Shown here piece after piece: positions 27,543 to 55,500 of a stretch of 64,000 bases of DNA. Each line of letters starts with the position of its first letter. Position 1 is the first letter of the stretch. Location of the stretch: assembly GCA_904063045.1 (NCBI GenBank), contig CAJFCJ010000021.1:496001-560000 (forward strand), written 5' to 3'. The position numbers were made by a program, and so were the translations under genes. Below the pieces are notes generated by a model that made no database searches, was not told where the DNA came from, and saw nothing but the letters and a program-made list of their open reading frames with translations. This DNA is from Dimorphilus gyrociliatus. Lineage: Eukaryota > Animalia > Annelida.

Positions 27543-28751
27543 TCAAACTTCGGCATCTTGAGTTGAAGATTGCCTCCTAGGTGCCGCTACTTGTTTTTCT
27601 CCTATTTGAATTGTCCATAAGGCGCATAGTAACTCCGATGCAACCAAAAATCCTGCATTATCCGATATTAGCTGTAGAACAAATTCACCGTCCCGTTTTA
27701 AATAGTTTCGTTTAAATTGCCTTAGTAATGTTGTTGTATGACGCCTTCTAACTTGTAACATTCTCGCAAGATGCCGCTGTAAAAAGACGTCGGACGGTAT
27801 AGTAAATTCAGCGAACCAGTGTAGTGTAGCTAGAACAGTTACTAGGGCAACAAACACAAGCCAAAACCACAAAAATATGAATATTTTTTCGTTAAATAAA
27901 TTAATTGGTAATGCGCATTGAACGATATAATCGTGAAAGCGTCCATGGTGACGCATCTCAAAAGTACATATGGAAACTTTTGGGAAACGTTCGTTTAAAC
28001 TCCATTCATTACCATGTAAATATCTTCTCCAAGCATGATAGCCAAACTTATAAAAGTCTGTGCCCAATAGCCGATTGAGAAAGAATATCTGACATACGGC
28101 GTTAATAGCGTAGAATAGGCGTATAAAACCATAAAGTAACGGAAGGAAGTAGCCTGAGAAGCGTTTGTCAAAGGTACAGCAATTTTTTAATTTATTAAAA
28201 ACTCCAGTGCTACTATGTGCTGCTCTTGCGTAATAATCTGGCCTGAGTTGTTGATCTAAATGAGCAATCAAGAATTTCATACTCTTCTCTCGGCAAGCTG
28301 AATTCCTAACGTCGTTACACACCTGGGCGGCGTCTACAATTTGCCTAAGGTTTACGCCCGACCGCCGATGTAGAAAACGCCAGACAATACTTGGCATATA
28401 AAAGCAAACAGCCTGTGCAGCAAGGATTAGAGGTACCCATTGATAATAATTAATCCTTCGGTGTTCCGGCAGGATTGTAGGAACGTGATTAACAGTGTTC
28501 GGTAAATAAAAAGTATCCGACACCCAACATACTGTGTCCGTATATCTGGTTTGACTAGATGTAAATTGAGCTGGACACCAGCAGTCTATTGGATCTCCCA
28601 TATATTGTTTTGATGAGACGAGTATAGCAAGAAGAAGAAGAACAGAACTTGTATACTTCCTAGATAGCCTCTCCACACTTCCGTCGTCATTACGCAATCG
28701 TATGGCACGTATATGTAGCCAACCTCCTAGAAGAGTTTCAATGCCTACCAT
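27543..28751 (-). CDS. inx: Innexin (invertebrate gap-junction protein), intronless CDS, 402 aa
   Basis: Four hydrophobic segments and extracellular Cys motifs PIDCWCP/VCW and FPKVSIC/CALPIN. Signature YYQWVP and NEKIFIFLWFWL are present. Confidence 0.97.
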   Translation of the reverse strand: MVGIETLLGGWLHIRAIRLRNDDGSVERLSRKYTSSVLLLLAILVSSKQYMGDPIDCWCPAQFTSSQTRYTDTVCWVSDTFYLPNTVNHVPTILPEHRRINYYQWVPLILAAQAVCFYMPSIVWRFLHRRSGVNLRQIVDAAQVCNDVRNSACREKSMKFLIAHLDQQLRPDYYARAAHSSTGVFNKLKNCCTFDKRFSGYFLPLLYGFIRLFYAINAVCQIFFLNRLLGTDFYKFGYHAWRRYLHGNEWSLNERFPKVSICTFEMRHHGRFHDYIVQCALPINLFNEKIFIFLWFWLVFVALVTVLATLHWFAEFTIPSDVFLQRHLARMLQVRRRHTTTLLRQFKRNYLKRDGEFVLQLISDNAGFLVASELLCALWTIQIGEKQVAAPRRQSSTQDAEV

Positions 28752-30062
28752 ATTCTTTTCTCAACTTGGCCGTGACTGTTCTAGGCGTGTATAAACGATT
28801 AAACCCATCGCGCCTCAACTGCAAAACGCGATTTGCGGTCGGAGGATGTCGCCACTTGCCAAAAAATTTATTAGTTTTTGCTTTTCTTCCTTTTTCGCTC
28901 GGAAAAAAAATTGAGGCTGCAGACATTTGGGCTAAATTGATAATAAGAGAGAAAAAAGTTGATTTAAGCCTAAGATATTAAACTAGAAACATTAATTTCT
29001 TTCATAGCTTTTCCTTAATAAAATTTTTTTCCTTTTTCCTTTCTTTCATTATTCCTTTTTCGCATGGATAACTCATAGGCTTATATTTTTAATAACAAAC
29101 CTTATGTACGCATATAGGGTTAACTGGAAAAATTATAAGCAACACAAGCATATGCATCCGAAAGAGGGGGAAAGGCTAGTCTCTAGAGATTGTCGTGCGT
29201 GCTGGGGCCGTCACCCGGTCTTTACGAACGGCGTTCGGGGAGGCGTTTAATTGTTTTAACGAAGACGAGCGCCTAGAAGAGTGTCAGATGCGGAGAAGGG
29301 CAAGTAGGGGGGAAGGGGAGGGGGAAGGAGGCATGAATATAAAGAAAGACTCGGTAAGAATAAAGAAAATACAAAACGCGAGGAAAATACAAGCCTACAC
29401 AACTGAAAATAGTTGAACAAGACGATGCAAAAAAAGAAAACATAGAAAGAATAAGACTACGGGGGGGCTAGAGGCGGGACTGGAAGGTGGAATATGGAAC
29501 TCTTGTTTAGCCTATTAACCATTCCGTAGTTAAATATTTTTATATTGCTGATATCAGTATTATGATAGGCCTAGAAGAATTGGGCGAACTGCGCGATTGA
29601 TCAATTCCGATTCTATACAAAACATAGTCATTGAACAAACGATTAGTATGAAAAAATATTAAAGAAAAAACAGACCTCCTTATAGAAGATATGTGTTAGT
29701 AAGATTACGAGATCGCGCCCCGTTTTTTCTATTCTTATAGTCGGAACACGACTATATACTACGGTAAATTGAAAAAATTGACAAACACTTACTAAACAAA
29801 AGGAAATTAATATACTTAAACTGGATATATTTATAAAAGGAGGATAACGAAAAAGTTTTATAAAGAGGATATCAATAGTATTAGAAGACGAAGAAGACGG
29901 GAAATACAGAATATCAGAAGGAGTTAATATTATAAAAATCTTTTTTTTTTTAAAAAAAAAGGAGAAAAAGAGAGATTTTAATAGATATTATATAGTTTAA
30001 AAAGTAAAATAAAAAAGACTACAAAAGAAGGAAAGAAGGAGGAGACGCTTAAATAATTAATT

Positions 30063-46054
<15,992 letters not shown>

Positions 46055-46426
46055 TCATGAAAAATATTTGTTTACTTTCTTTCTTTCGCTATTTCTTTAT
46101 TTTCTATTTAGGTCATTAAAATTTTAAATAAGATTTTTAAAGACAATATTTATTTTTGCAGTATTTATTTTAATAAAATTTTCATAAGTTCACAAAGATA
46201 CCTTTGTGTTAATTAATATGTAAATTTATAAAGATCCTTTACTGTATAGGTCATAATTTTAGTTCTGCAACGCATTCGGAACTTTCTAGTTGGGTCACGA
46301 CCTCAATGTTTATGCTTTATACGACTATAGACCTTTTATAGGTCTAAATAATATGCCTAATATTGGACACTGCGACCTATGTAAGGAATAAGATTGAACA
46401 ATATTCGCCACGCTTTTTCAGACTCT

Positions 46427-46437
46427 GATCACGTGAC
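46427..46437 (+). promoter_or_regulatory. Extended E-box GATCACGTGAC (USF/MiT-TFE type) ~80 bp upstream of the DOCK ATG
   Basis: Sequence ctgatcacgtgacatt; an identical 11-mer lies upstream of MCM5. Confidence 0.4.
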
Positions 46438-46515
46438 ATTGTATATGTATGTAAAAACTTCCGCGTTTAACACTTCATATTAAATGTTATACTTAGTCGT
46501 TTTGTATAAATAAAT

Positions 46516-49500
46516 ATGGTTTGGGAAATATCAAATGCTACTGAAGCGATTGGTGCGTATTTGTAGAGTTAATGATCCTTTTAACAAACTTTTAAGAGAG
46601 TTTAATGTGTGATTAACTATCATAGCCATATGCTGCTTTGACGGTGAAGCATACGAGAATGGGTTAAATCTGCTATTGGGGGATAAGATCAAAGTAACGA
46701 GGAGAAATTCTGGTTAGTAAACATTAAATAGAGTTTTAAATAGATATAAGAGAAGACAAACATAAAAAACAATCATACAATTTTACAGGCTGGTGTCTGG
46801 GATATGTTGAAGGCAGAGAAAATAAGAAGGTATATAATATCGTAGTTAAAAGAGTATAAATCTAATAATAATTAAATAATAATACTCTATTAAACATGTT
46901 AGGGTATTTTCCCCGAAAATATGATAGCTTATATTAGAGAAACAAAGAGATCTTCACAAGCATTACTGTAAGTTAATAATCAATGTTAAAAGGTTAATAA
47001 GAAAAATGTTGAAAATGTTTGTCAACATTTAGCGAAATAGATAATGGTCTCAGGGAGCGTGAGATATTCCTTAATGAAATAGAAGAGTTTTTTCAAGAAT
47101 GTCGATCAGTAATAGTTCCATTCTATGCTGTAAGTATTCAATATTACCGACATACAGTACATACTATATATATATATATATATTCTAAATGGCTTATTAT
47201 CTATTGTATAATTATTTTGTTTGTAATAGAACGAAGTACAAATGGATAAATTTGTTGGAAGACCAACTTCCGCCGTATTCTCATTAATGAACGAAACTTA
47301 TAATCATAGATTAGAGATAAAGAGTCAACCAGCGATGACACCTGCTTTAATAGAGGAAAATAGAGCCAAAGTATGTTTACGTCATTATTATATTAATAAA
47401 TATAGCTATTAAACACATAATTTCTAATTATTACGAATAATTGTTTATAAATTTTACTATAATAAAAAAATGATCCTATTTATATTGTTTAGGTTGAAAG
47501 GTAGTAGTGTCGGTTTATACTGTATATTATCGATTCTATCATTCCAGTAAAATTACGTCTATTTTCAATTGAACAATAGAATTATTCTTATTATTATTTC
47601 ATCCATTTTTTTAATATACTTTTATGCAGATTACGAGAAATATGGATAAAGTTATCGAATTACTCGGTCTTGATAAAATACCTAGAACTAAAACTGGCAG
47701 AGAAATTGACCCAATTACAATTTCACCGATAGAACATTATATGATCTTTGAGCCTATGGATAGGGTTAATATGCCAACAAACAACCATCACGGATTACAT
47801 AACAAACACGAATTAAGCAATATGTTCGATTTAAAAGTCGTTATTAAAGACATAAAATTCGATGAATCAATTAAGTTAAACTGCTGCCTTGAAATTCTAT
47901 TGTCTCTCTACGATTCGAGTAATTATAGCTCTAGAGGAGAATCCTCACTACCTCGACTATCGGAAGATTTTATAACGTAATTTAATATTACAATAAATCT
48001 ATTAATAATAATTTTTCATATTTTTTTTTTAATAGAGAAAAATTCAAATTGATTTATCCTTCAGATAAAGAAGTTAAAGATATTGAATTTTGTTTTAAAG
48101 TAATTCACTCTCTCTCTCTCTGTCTCTTCTCTGTCTTAACATGTCTATATTCATATTTGTTTCTTCAATAAGGATCTGAGTTCGCAAGAAAAATATATGG
48201 ATAGAGTTCAAAATGTAAGACCATTGTGGTTGGTTGTCCAAATACTTAAAAGAGGTAATTTATCAATTTCAAATTAAATTAAATACATAAATGAAAGAAT
48301 GTTAGTACGTTTTCTCTTTTTCCCTGATTGTTTTCTCTATCATCTTTGCATCTTTTTTCTAATTTTCTTAAATATTTCTTTTATAAATCTTTATCAATTT
48401 TTTCAAAAAACAACATTCATTTATTAGATAATCCACCAAGTGTACAATCGAGTGTATTTTTTAACCGAAGTTCAGGTATTTCCATTAAAATTATAATTAT
48501 CTGTTTTTCTTACTCCTGATTTAAACTAAAATTCAGATTACAAATTCTTTTTAAATGCTTTTTTTAACATTTTACCTATAAAAAAAATATCCTTTGTTGT
48601 TTTATTGTTCTAGGATTCATTTTTAAACATTTTGTAACCGTTATATACTGTTTATATACAACAGTAATTATATATCTATTAAACAGACAGTCTGGAAGCT
48701 TCCAAGCCGGTAAGGGATACTAGAAGCGAGATACGACAACCGTACGGTTTTGGGAGTAAGTTTTAATTAATTTACTTAATTAATTAAGAGAAAAAGTTAA
48801 TTATCCTCTGTAATTTCGTTTTAGTAAAGAATCTTGGTTTTGTAAAAGATCTTCAAGAAAGAACAACCCATTCGGAAAAAGTAATATTTGAGATATTGTA
48901 AGCAATCTTTTTCTTATCTAATTAATTATTTAAATTAATTATAAATTGTTATTTTGTTTTTATTCATTTCCTATTTTCCTCTAGGGCAAAGCAAGAATAT
49001 CATAATTTTTCCACTTTACAAAAGCATTTTATCTCTAGGAATGATAATAATCCATCAGTTCAGAAATGTAATTATTACCTTCTTATCTGTTATGTTATAC
49101 TTATTACTCTTTTATCTTTAATTAAAAGGTGAAATTCGTATTGAATTTTCCAAATTGAATAAGAATCCGGACGTTAATAGATATATTCGTGATAACGACC
49201 CTAAAACAGACGTTCAAAAATTATCTTTTCCGGAAAAAATTGTACCAGGTTAATTGAAGAAATTATTTGTTTTCAGCCTATAACCGATGAATTGTTTAAT
49301 TTTTTATTGTATTTCTATATATAAATGGATAATAGAACAATTAAGAAACGATTTATACATCCGCTTGGAAGAGGGTAAATTTTATAAAGGTGAAAAGAAA
49401 TCACAAAGGAATGTCGAAGTAGTCGCATCAGTCAGAGGTAAAAGTGGAAAAATATTTAAGGTTGGTTCGTTGTTATATAAGAACTGTTCTACTCCTTTCT

Positions 49501-52500
49501 TAAAGTTTATTTTAACTATATTTTCTTTTCTCCTTAAAAGGAATGTATTAGCTTGGGAGCCGGTGAGGAAGTTAACATGACATACTATCGATCTATCGTC
49601 TATTATCATTCGAATAATCCTAAATGGAATGAAATTTTTCGGGCAACATTCGACGTTAACGAATTGAAATATTTTAATCAAGAAGACGAAGTTCACGTAT
49701 TATTTCAATTCTTTCATATATCTAGTAAGTTATAATTAATATTAATGAATTATATTTGTTTATTTGCTTGTTTGTTTGTTTGTCTGTTTATTTATTATTT
49801 CTTCTTCGTCTCGTTCGTAAATAGCCGATAATAGAAAGGAAAAAGAATTCTTTGGCTACTCCTATCTACCTTTAACACGTTCGGGAATCATTCGACAAGA
49901 TACCCAGGAGACGTTAAAAGTATTTGGGACGTCTGGCAGATCTAAGGATAATACAGAGTAAATTAAAATATATCCATATCATTTTTAATGTATATTTATA
50001 TCATTCTTTATTAACATTGATATTTACAGTCAAATTGAGAATTTCAAATACTTCAACCCCAAGTCTGATGATTGGCTATTCCAAAATTCTACACCAAAAA
50101 CCTCCAATTCTAGCTTTACAGTCAGTTTTAAATGGGTTTCGACTAAATGGACTCAAAGCAGTAATTACATAACTTTATAAGCTTAACAAAAGAATATTAG
50201 TTAAAGATCTATGCTCTTTTGTAATTCATTTTCATTTCACAGGCGAAGTTGTTCATTTTTTAACATGGGAAAATAATACAAGTAATCTAAAGAGAATAAT
50301 CAAAGAACTTATAGATAAGAACCTTGAACAAGAGATCATTTATGTAAGATATCTAATATAGTAATATTAGATAAATTATTAATTGAATTGAATTGAATAT
50401 TGATAATAATTTTCTAGCACTTGACTGATATTTTGAATGGTTTATTTAAAAATTTAATACCGGAATCGTTCAATTTTTTGGTAAGATATATTAATATATT
50501 GAAAAATATTCTAATTAATTAATGAATATGCATTAGGTTTATATTTTAAAATTAATTAATCATGAAAAATGGACTCATTTCTCCGATATTCTACAAGCAT
50601 ATATAGACAATAACTTTTCGAATATGATTGCTTACGAGTAAGTTAATTTATTCATTCATTCATTCATTCAACTATATTTATCACTTTTTCTAGGCAAATA
50701 TTTGGGACAGTCATAAATCTTTTAGAACAAAAAGTAGCAAAATCTATCGAAAGTATAAGCGGTGTATTTTCGTGGTTAATGAAAATAGCAGTAAGGTCTT
50801 ATACCTTATTCGCCAGCTATAACGAACCATCACCAGAATCATTTATAGAATTGTTAAAGAAATTATTCTCCCGTATACCAGAATTTTTTGATAGTATAAA
50901 TAAAAGTGTTGAATACGAGAGGACTGTCGGTATCGAATTTATGAAAACGATAACGAAATGTTGGAGCATATTTATGAAGTCTGTTACAGTTGAAGAATAT
51001 AAAGAGGACTTTGCAACGGAACTAGCACAAATATATTCGTCATTATTCGAAATGGTCCCAAAATCAGCATCAAAAATGGAAGTACATAAAGAATGGGATC
51101 CTGCGAAAGCAGACTGCATTTGTATTTTAATTAGTGAAAAGGAATTTGATTTATATCATAAAGTTCGAGAAGTTTTCATTACGTTAGCTAATTCCTACGT
51201 CAATACTGCATACTACAATTGCAGTAGCAAGACATTCAGATATCATACTATATATATGCTTGGCAAATTCTTGAAAAATCTCTTTAATTTGAAAATGCAG
51301 CATGTATGCTTGCAACAAGAAGTCTACTTGCTAATAACTCAAGTTTTAAGTACTTTAATCGCTTTCACATCAACAACATCTGAGAATAGAAGAAATTCAA
51401 ATTATAGAGAAGTTAATTCAATATCGAGATATAGCAAAGCAACAATATCAAATTTCGATTCAGTGGTTTGTAGAGAAAGCAAAGAAAGTCATTAAATATA
51501 AATTTCGAATAACCTTCCTCTTTTTTTTCTTAACTAAAGGATTCTAAAAAGTCAGAAGGACCAGCACCGGAAACAGTATATTCCTGCATGGCAACTATCT
51601 TTCTTTTAATGGACAATAATCATTACGAAACGTTTTCATCTTCCTCACCTCTATTTATTTTATTAACTAAAATCGAAGCTCTCTTTGATAAATGGTTCGA
51701 TATAAAAAATACTTGGGCATCTTTAAAACGTTCATTATGCCATGCGTATTTAACTGCCCTTACAAATTTATTTGAAGTTATAGCCATGACCGACTCTACA
51801 CAGGTTAGTTAAGTAGTTAAGTTCGAAAAACATGAAAGAAAGAATGAAATGCAAAAAGTCGGGAGAATGTCTCTTTAATTTATTTATATGTTTAACTTGC
51901 ACAATTTTAAAGGGAAGATTATATTTATATACTATAATACATAGAATGTGTGTTAGGACTAGCTAACATTAGAAGAGAAGAAAGGACAACGTAAGAGGAT
52001 TGAAAGTTTTATAATAATATTAAAAAGAATCAGAATTCGATGATCTTTAGTTGCTTTGTATGATTAAATATTATATTTATATACTATATACAGTATATAA
52101 AATGAAAATACTATATATATATACAGTATATATATATAAATTTAACGCTCTTTTCTTATTACACACCTTACTTCCATTTCTATTAGTTTTAAAAGCATTT
52201 ATTTTGGTTGACTAGGTGTAACAATTACTTTTTTATATATATAAATTTATACATATATAAGTTATATGTATATTTATATTAATACCATACTTATAGTTAT
52301 AATTAATTATTACCTATGGTGGTGTTGTTTTTTTTGGTCTTTCCTTCTAAAAGCTTTTATATTTTTGTGTTGCTAGCTAAGTGACAATATTATATGTACA
52401 TGCTTTTCCCTCTCTCTTCTCTTCAACAGATCTTCGTGAAATTTTCTTGTATTACTTTAAAATTAACTTCGAGCGACTTCCTACAACTTGAACAGCTATC

Positions 52501-55500
52501 CGAAAGGAAAAGAACATTTATCATACAAAGATACGGTGATATGAGAGAGAAAAGCTTTCAGCTATTTTTAAAATTATGGCAAAAACACGACAGTGTTAAA
52601 GATTCAATGAGTTCAATTGTACTTAAGCCTATTATAGAGACGTCGTTAAATGAAAGATTTACGAATAGGATTGTATCTTGCTTTCTCGATTTTATGAAAA
52701 TGGAAAAAAAGAGAGGTTCAAAAGATTTCGATAAAGTAAGAAAGATTGTTTTTAGAAAATAATGAATATTGAAAGGGGGAAATAGTATTGGAAACCGTTT
52801 GGGAGAATAGTAATTTTAATGAAATTTACGTAAGACAGTGAATTCTTTTTTTATTCTATTGTTGGAATAACTAGTTATTTAGAGGAGAAACGAGTAAATT
52901 ATTTATTTAGATGTGGTCAATTCCCAGGGCAGTTTATAATTTTCCCCCTTTTATATTTCCTCTTTAGCTCTCTTTTGTTCTTATTAATATGCATATTTAT
53001 CATCCTCTCTTTTACCCTTGTTTTATTTTTACCACAGTTATTTAGCTCTTTCAAAATTATACTGGATGAATTGATACAATCTAATCCGTCCATAAAGAGT
53101 GACTGCTGGAACAGATTGCCACAAACGTAAGTAAGAGAGCGGTTGAAACGTTTTACCATAGCAACTATGGCGAGTCGGAAGGGAAGGGAAAGAAAAAAAT
53201 CATTAGCAAAATCGACGCCATGCCGCGCTAGTCGACGCCTTACGGTCGAACGCGGAACGATTGTGAAATAATAGGGAAAGAGGGCGGGTAAAGTGAGACA
53301 GAGAGATCGAGAGAACGAGCGGGAATAAATATAGTTTTCAACTTTATCCTATATTTCCTCATACTCCCTCTCTCTTATACTTTGTCTCAATGCCGGTAAA
53401 TATACTGACGCGATTAAAATCGCGTAAAAATTTCAGGCTAAGGGAACGTTATAAAGATGATTGGGAGAAAGAAGAAGAGAAATTTGTTCATTCAATCGTC
53501 AAAGTTTTACAATACCTCGTTGATTTACGCGAAGCAAAGCCGGATAAAGATGATGGATTTAGTCTACGCTACTTGACCTGTTCATACAACGCCGTTGTAA
53601 GTAGTCGAATTATTTATATTTTTTCATTTATTTTTGTCATATTCTTTACCGTTCTGTTCGGTTCTCTCCTTTCGTATTTAAATATCGCTTTATTGAATAG
53701 TTTTATGAACGTTTTAAGGCTGTAGTATTGTTCTTACTTGAAAACTAAAACCCAAAAAGACAGCGAAGGAAATTCAAAAGTCTCTTCACATTTCCTTAAG
53801 AATCTCTTTATGCCCAAAGGCATTGGAAGGTTTTTCTCCTTTATTTATTTTCCCTTCTCCCAAAGACGAACTATTACTATATTTGTACACGAAAAGATTA
53901 AGAATGTTGATGATTTTCTTTTTCTTTTCCCCTATTGCTCTATATCTGTCTATTACAAACACTAATACTTTGGTATATGAGAATCTCTTGTTCGTGATGT
54001 ACTAGAAGCTTGCCTCTAAAGGAGAGATAATATAATCCTTCTTGTTTTCAGTACACGAGAAATGTTTCCCTTTCCTCGCCACACAGCATACATATATCCA
54101 TATCTATATATTCTCTCTCTCTATATATATATATATAGAATAGAACAGATACTTAAAAAAAAGCCAGCACACGCTTACAAACAGACAAACAAACCCTTTT
54201 CTTTTTTTTCCTCTTTCCTTCTTACCCCCTTCTGCTCTCTTCTCTCCTTTTTTTTCCTCTCTTTAGTAATTGATTGAGTGAGGTGTCGTAAATATTTTAT
54301 TTAACTCTCACTTTATGAACTCTAGATAGCCTCTCTCTCTCTCTTTATTAGTAATATAAATTGAATATGTTATATTAGATGTTTGTTTGTAAATTGTAAT
54401 ATATATTGGATATGCTTTCAACTTAAAATTGATTAATGACCCTTTTTTTTTCTATTTTCCTTGATTATTTATATAGAATGAATTCAATTTTAACGAAGAT
54501 GCTTATCCCAGAATAATGAGTGATATATACGATTTGCACAAGTGCAGTAAAAATTTCGTTGAAGCTGGGTATACTAAATTAGAATACGCTAAGCATCTAA
54601 GTTTTGATAGTCATCAAGAGAGAAAGGTCAAAGTTTTCAATATGAGCGAAGATATGACTGAAAGTGTTAGAAAAGAGAAACTGTATTCGGATATAATAAG
54701 CGATCTAAATGAAGGATGCGATTGGGAAGAAGCCATTAAACTCTGCAAAGAATTGGTTATCTATTACGAGAGCACTTTTAGGTACAAAGAACTTTCCGCT
54801 ATATTAAAGAGACAATCAGAATTTTATCAAAAGATATACCAGCAAAGGGGAATGAGTGTTTGGGGTGCGAGCTACTACGTTGTAGCTCTCTACGGCAAAC
54901 CTGTACCATCTTACCTCAAAGGAAAATTTTTTATACATAAATTTGATCTGTTTAAAAGTAAGGAAGAGCTTGTCGATTATATAGGTAGTAATTTCTATAG
55001 TCATCGTGGCATGAACATAAATGATCCTTTCGACGAGGACGATTTAAATGGCCGCGACGAGGCAATTATTCGCCATGGAAGTGTGACACCGATACAAGAG
55101 AAGGACGAACTGTTATTCGGTCAAAATGTTCCACCTTTCATTCAAGAATATTATAGATATAATAAAATTCGAACGTTCGCCTACGATCTACCGTTCGAAA
55201 AAGGTCAAAAAATACCAAATAATGAACACTTAAACTGTTATTACGATAGGACATATTATGTAACATGTTGCGAATTTCCGGGTATAATGACATGGTTCCC
55301 AGTTGTTGATCAATGGAAAGAAGAATTAAGCCCTTCCAAAGTAGCTGTCTTCAACTTGAGGAAGCAATTCTTAAAGCTTAGATCCGATTTATTAAAAGCA
55401 AGATGTCAGACAGATATCTCAATTCATAAATCGAGCCTTTATATGACATTAAATGGCACTCTTATGGCAAACGTTAATGGTGGACCCTTAAGATACCTTA

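Noticed and set aside
47493-47500. 8-nt candidate microexon in DOCK (ttag|GTTGAAAG|gtag)
   Set aside because: It would shift the frame; the flanking exons join in frame without it.
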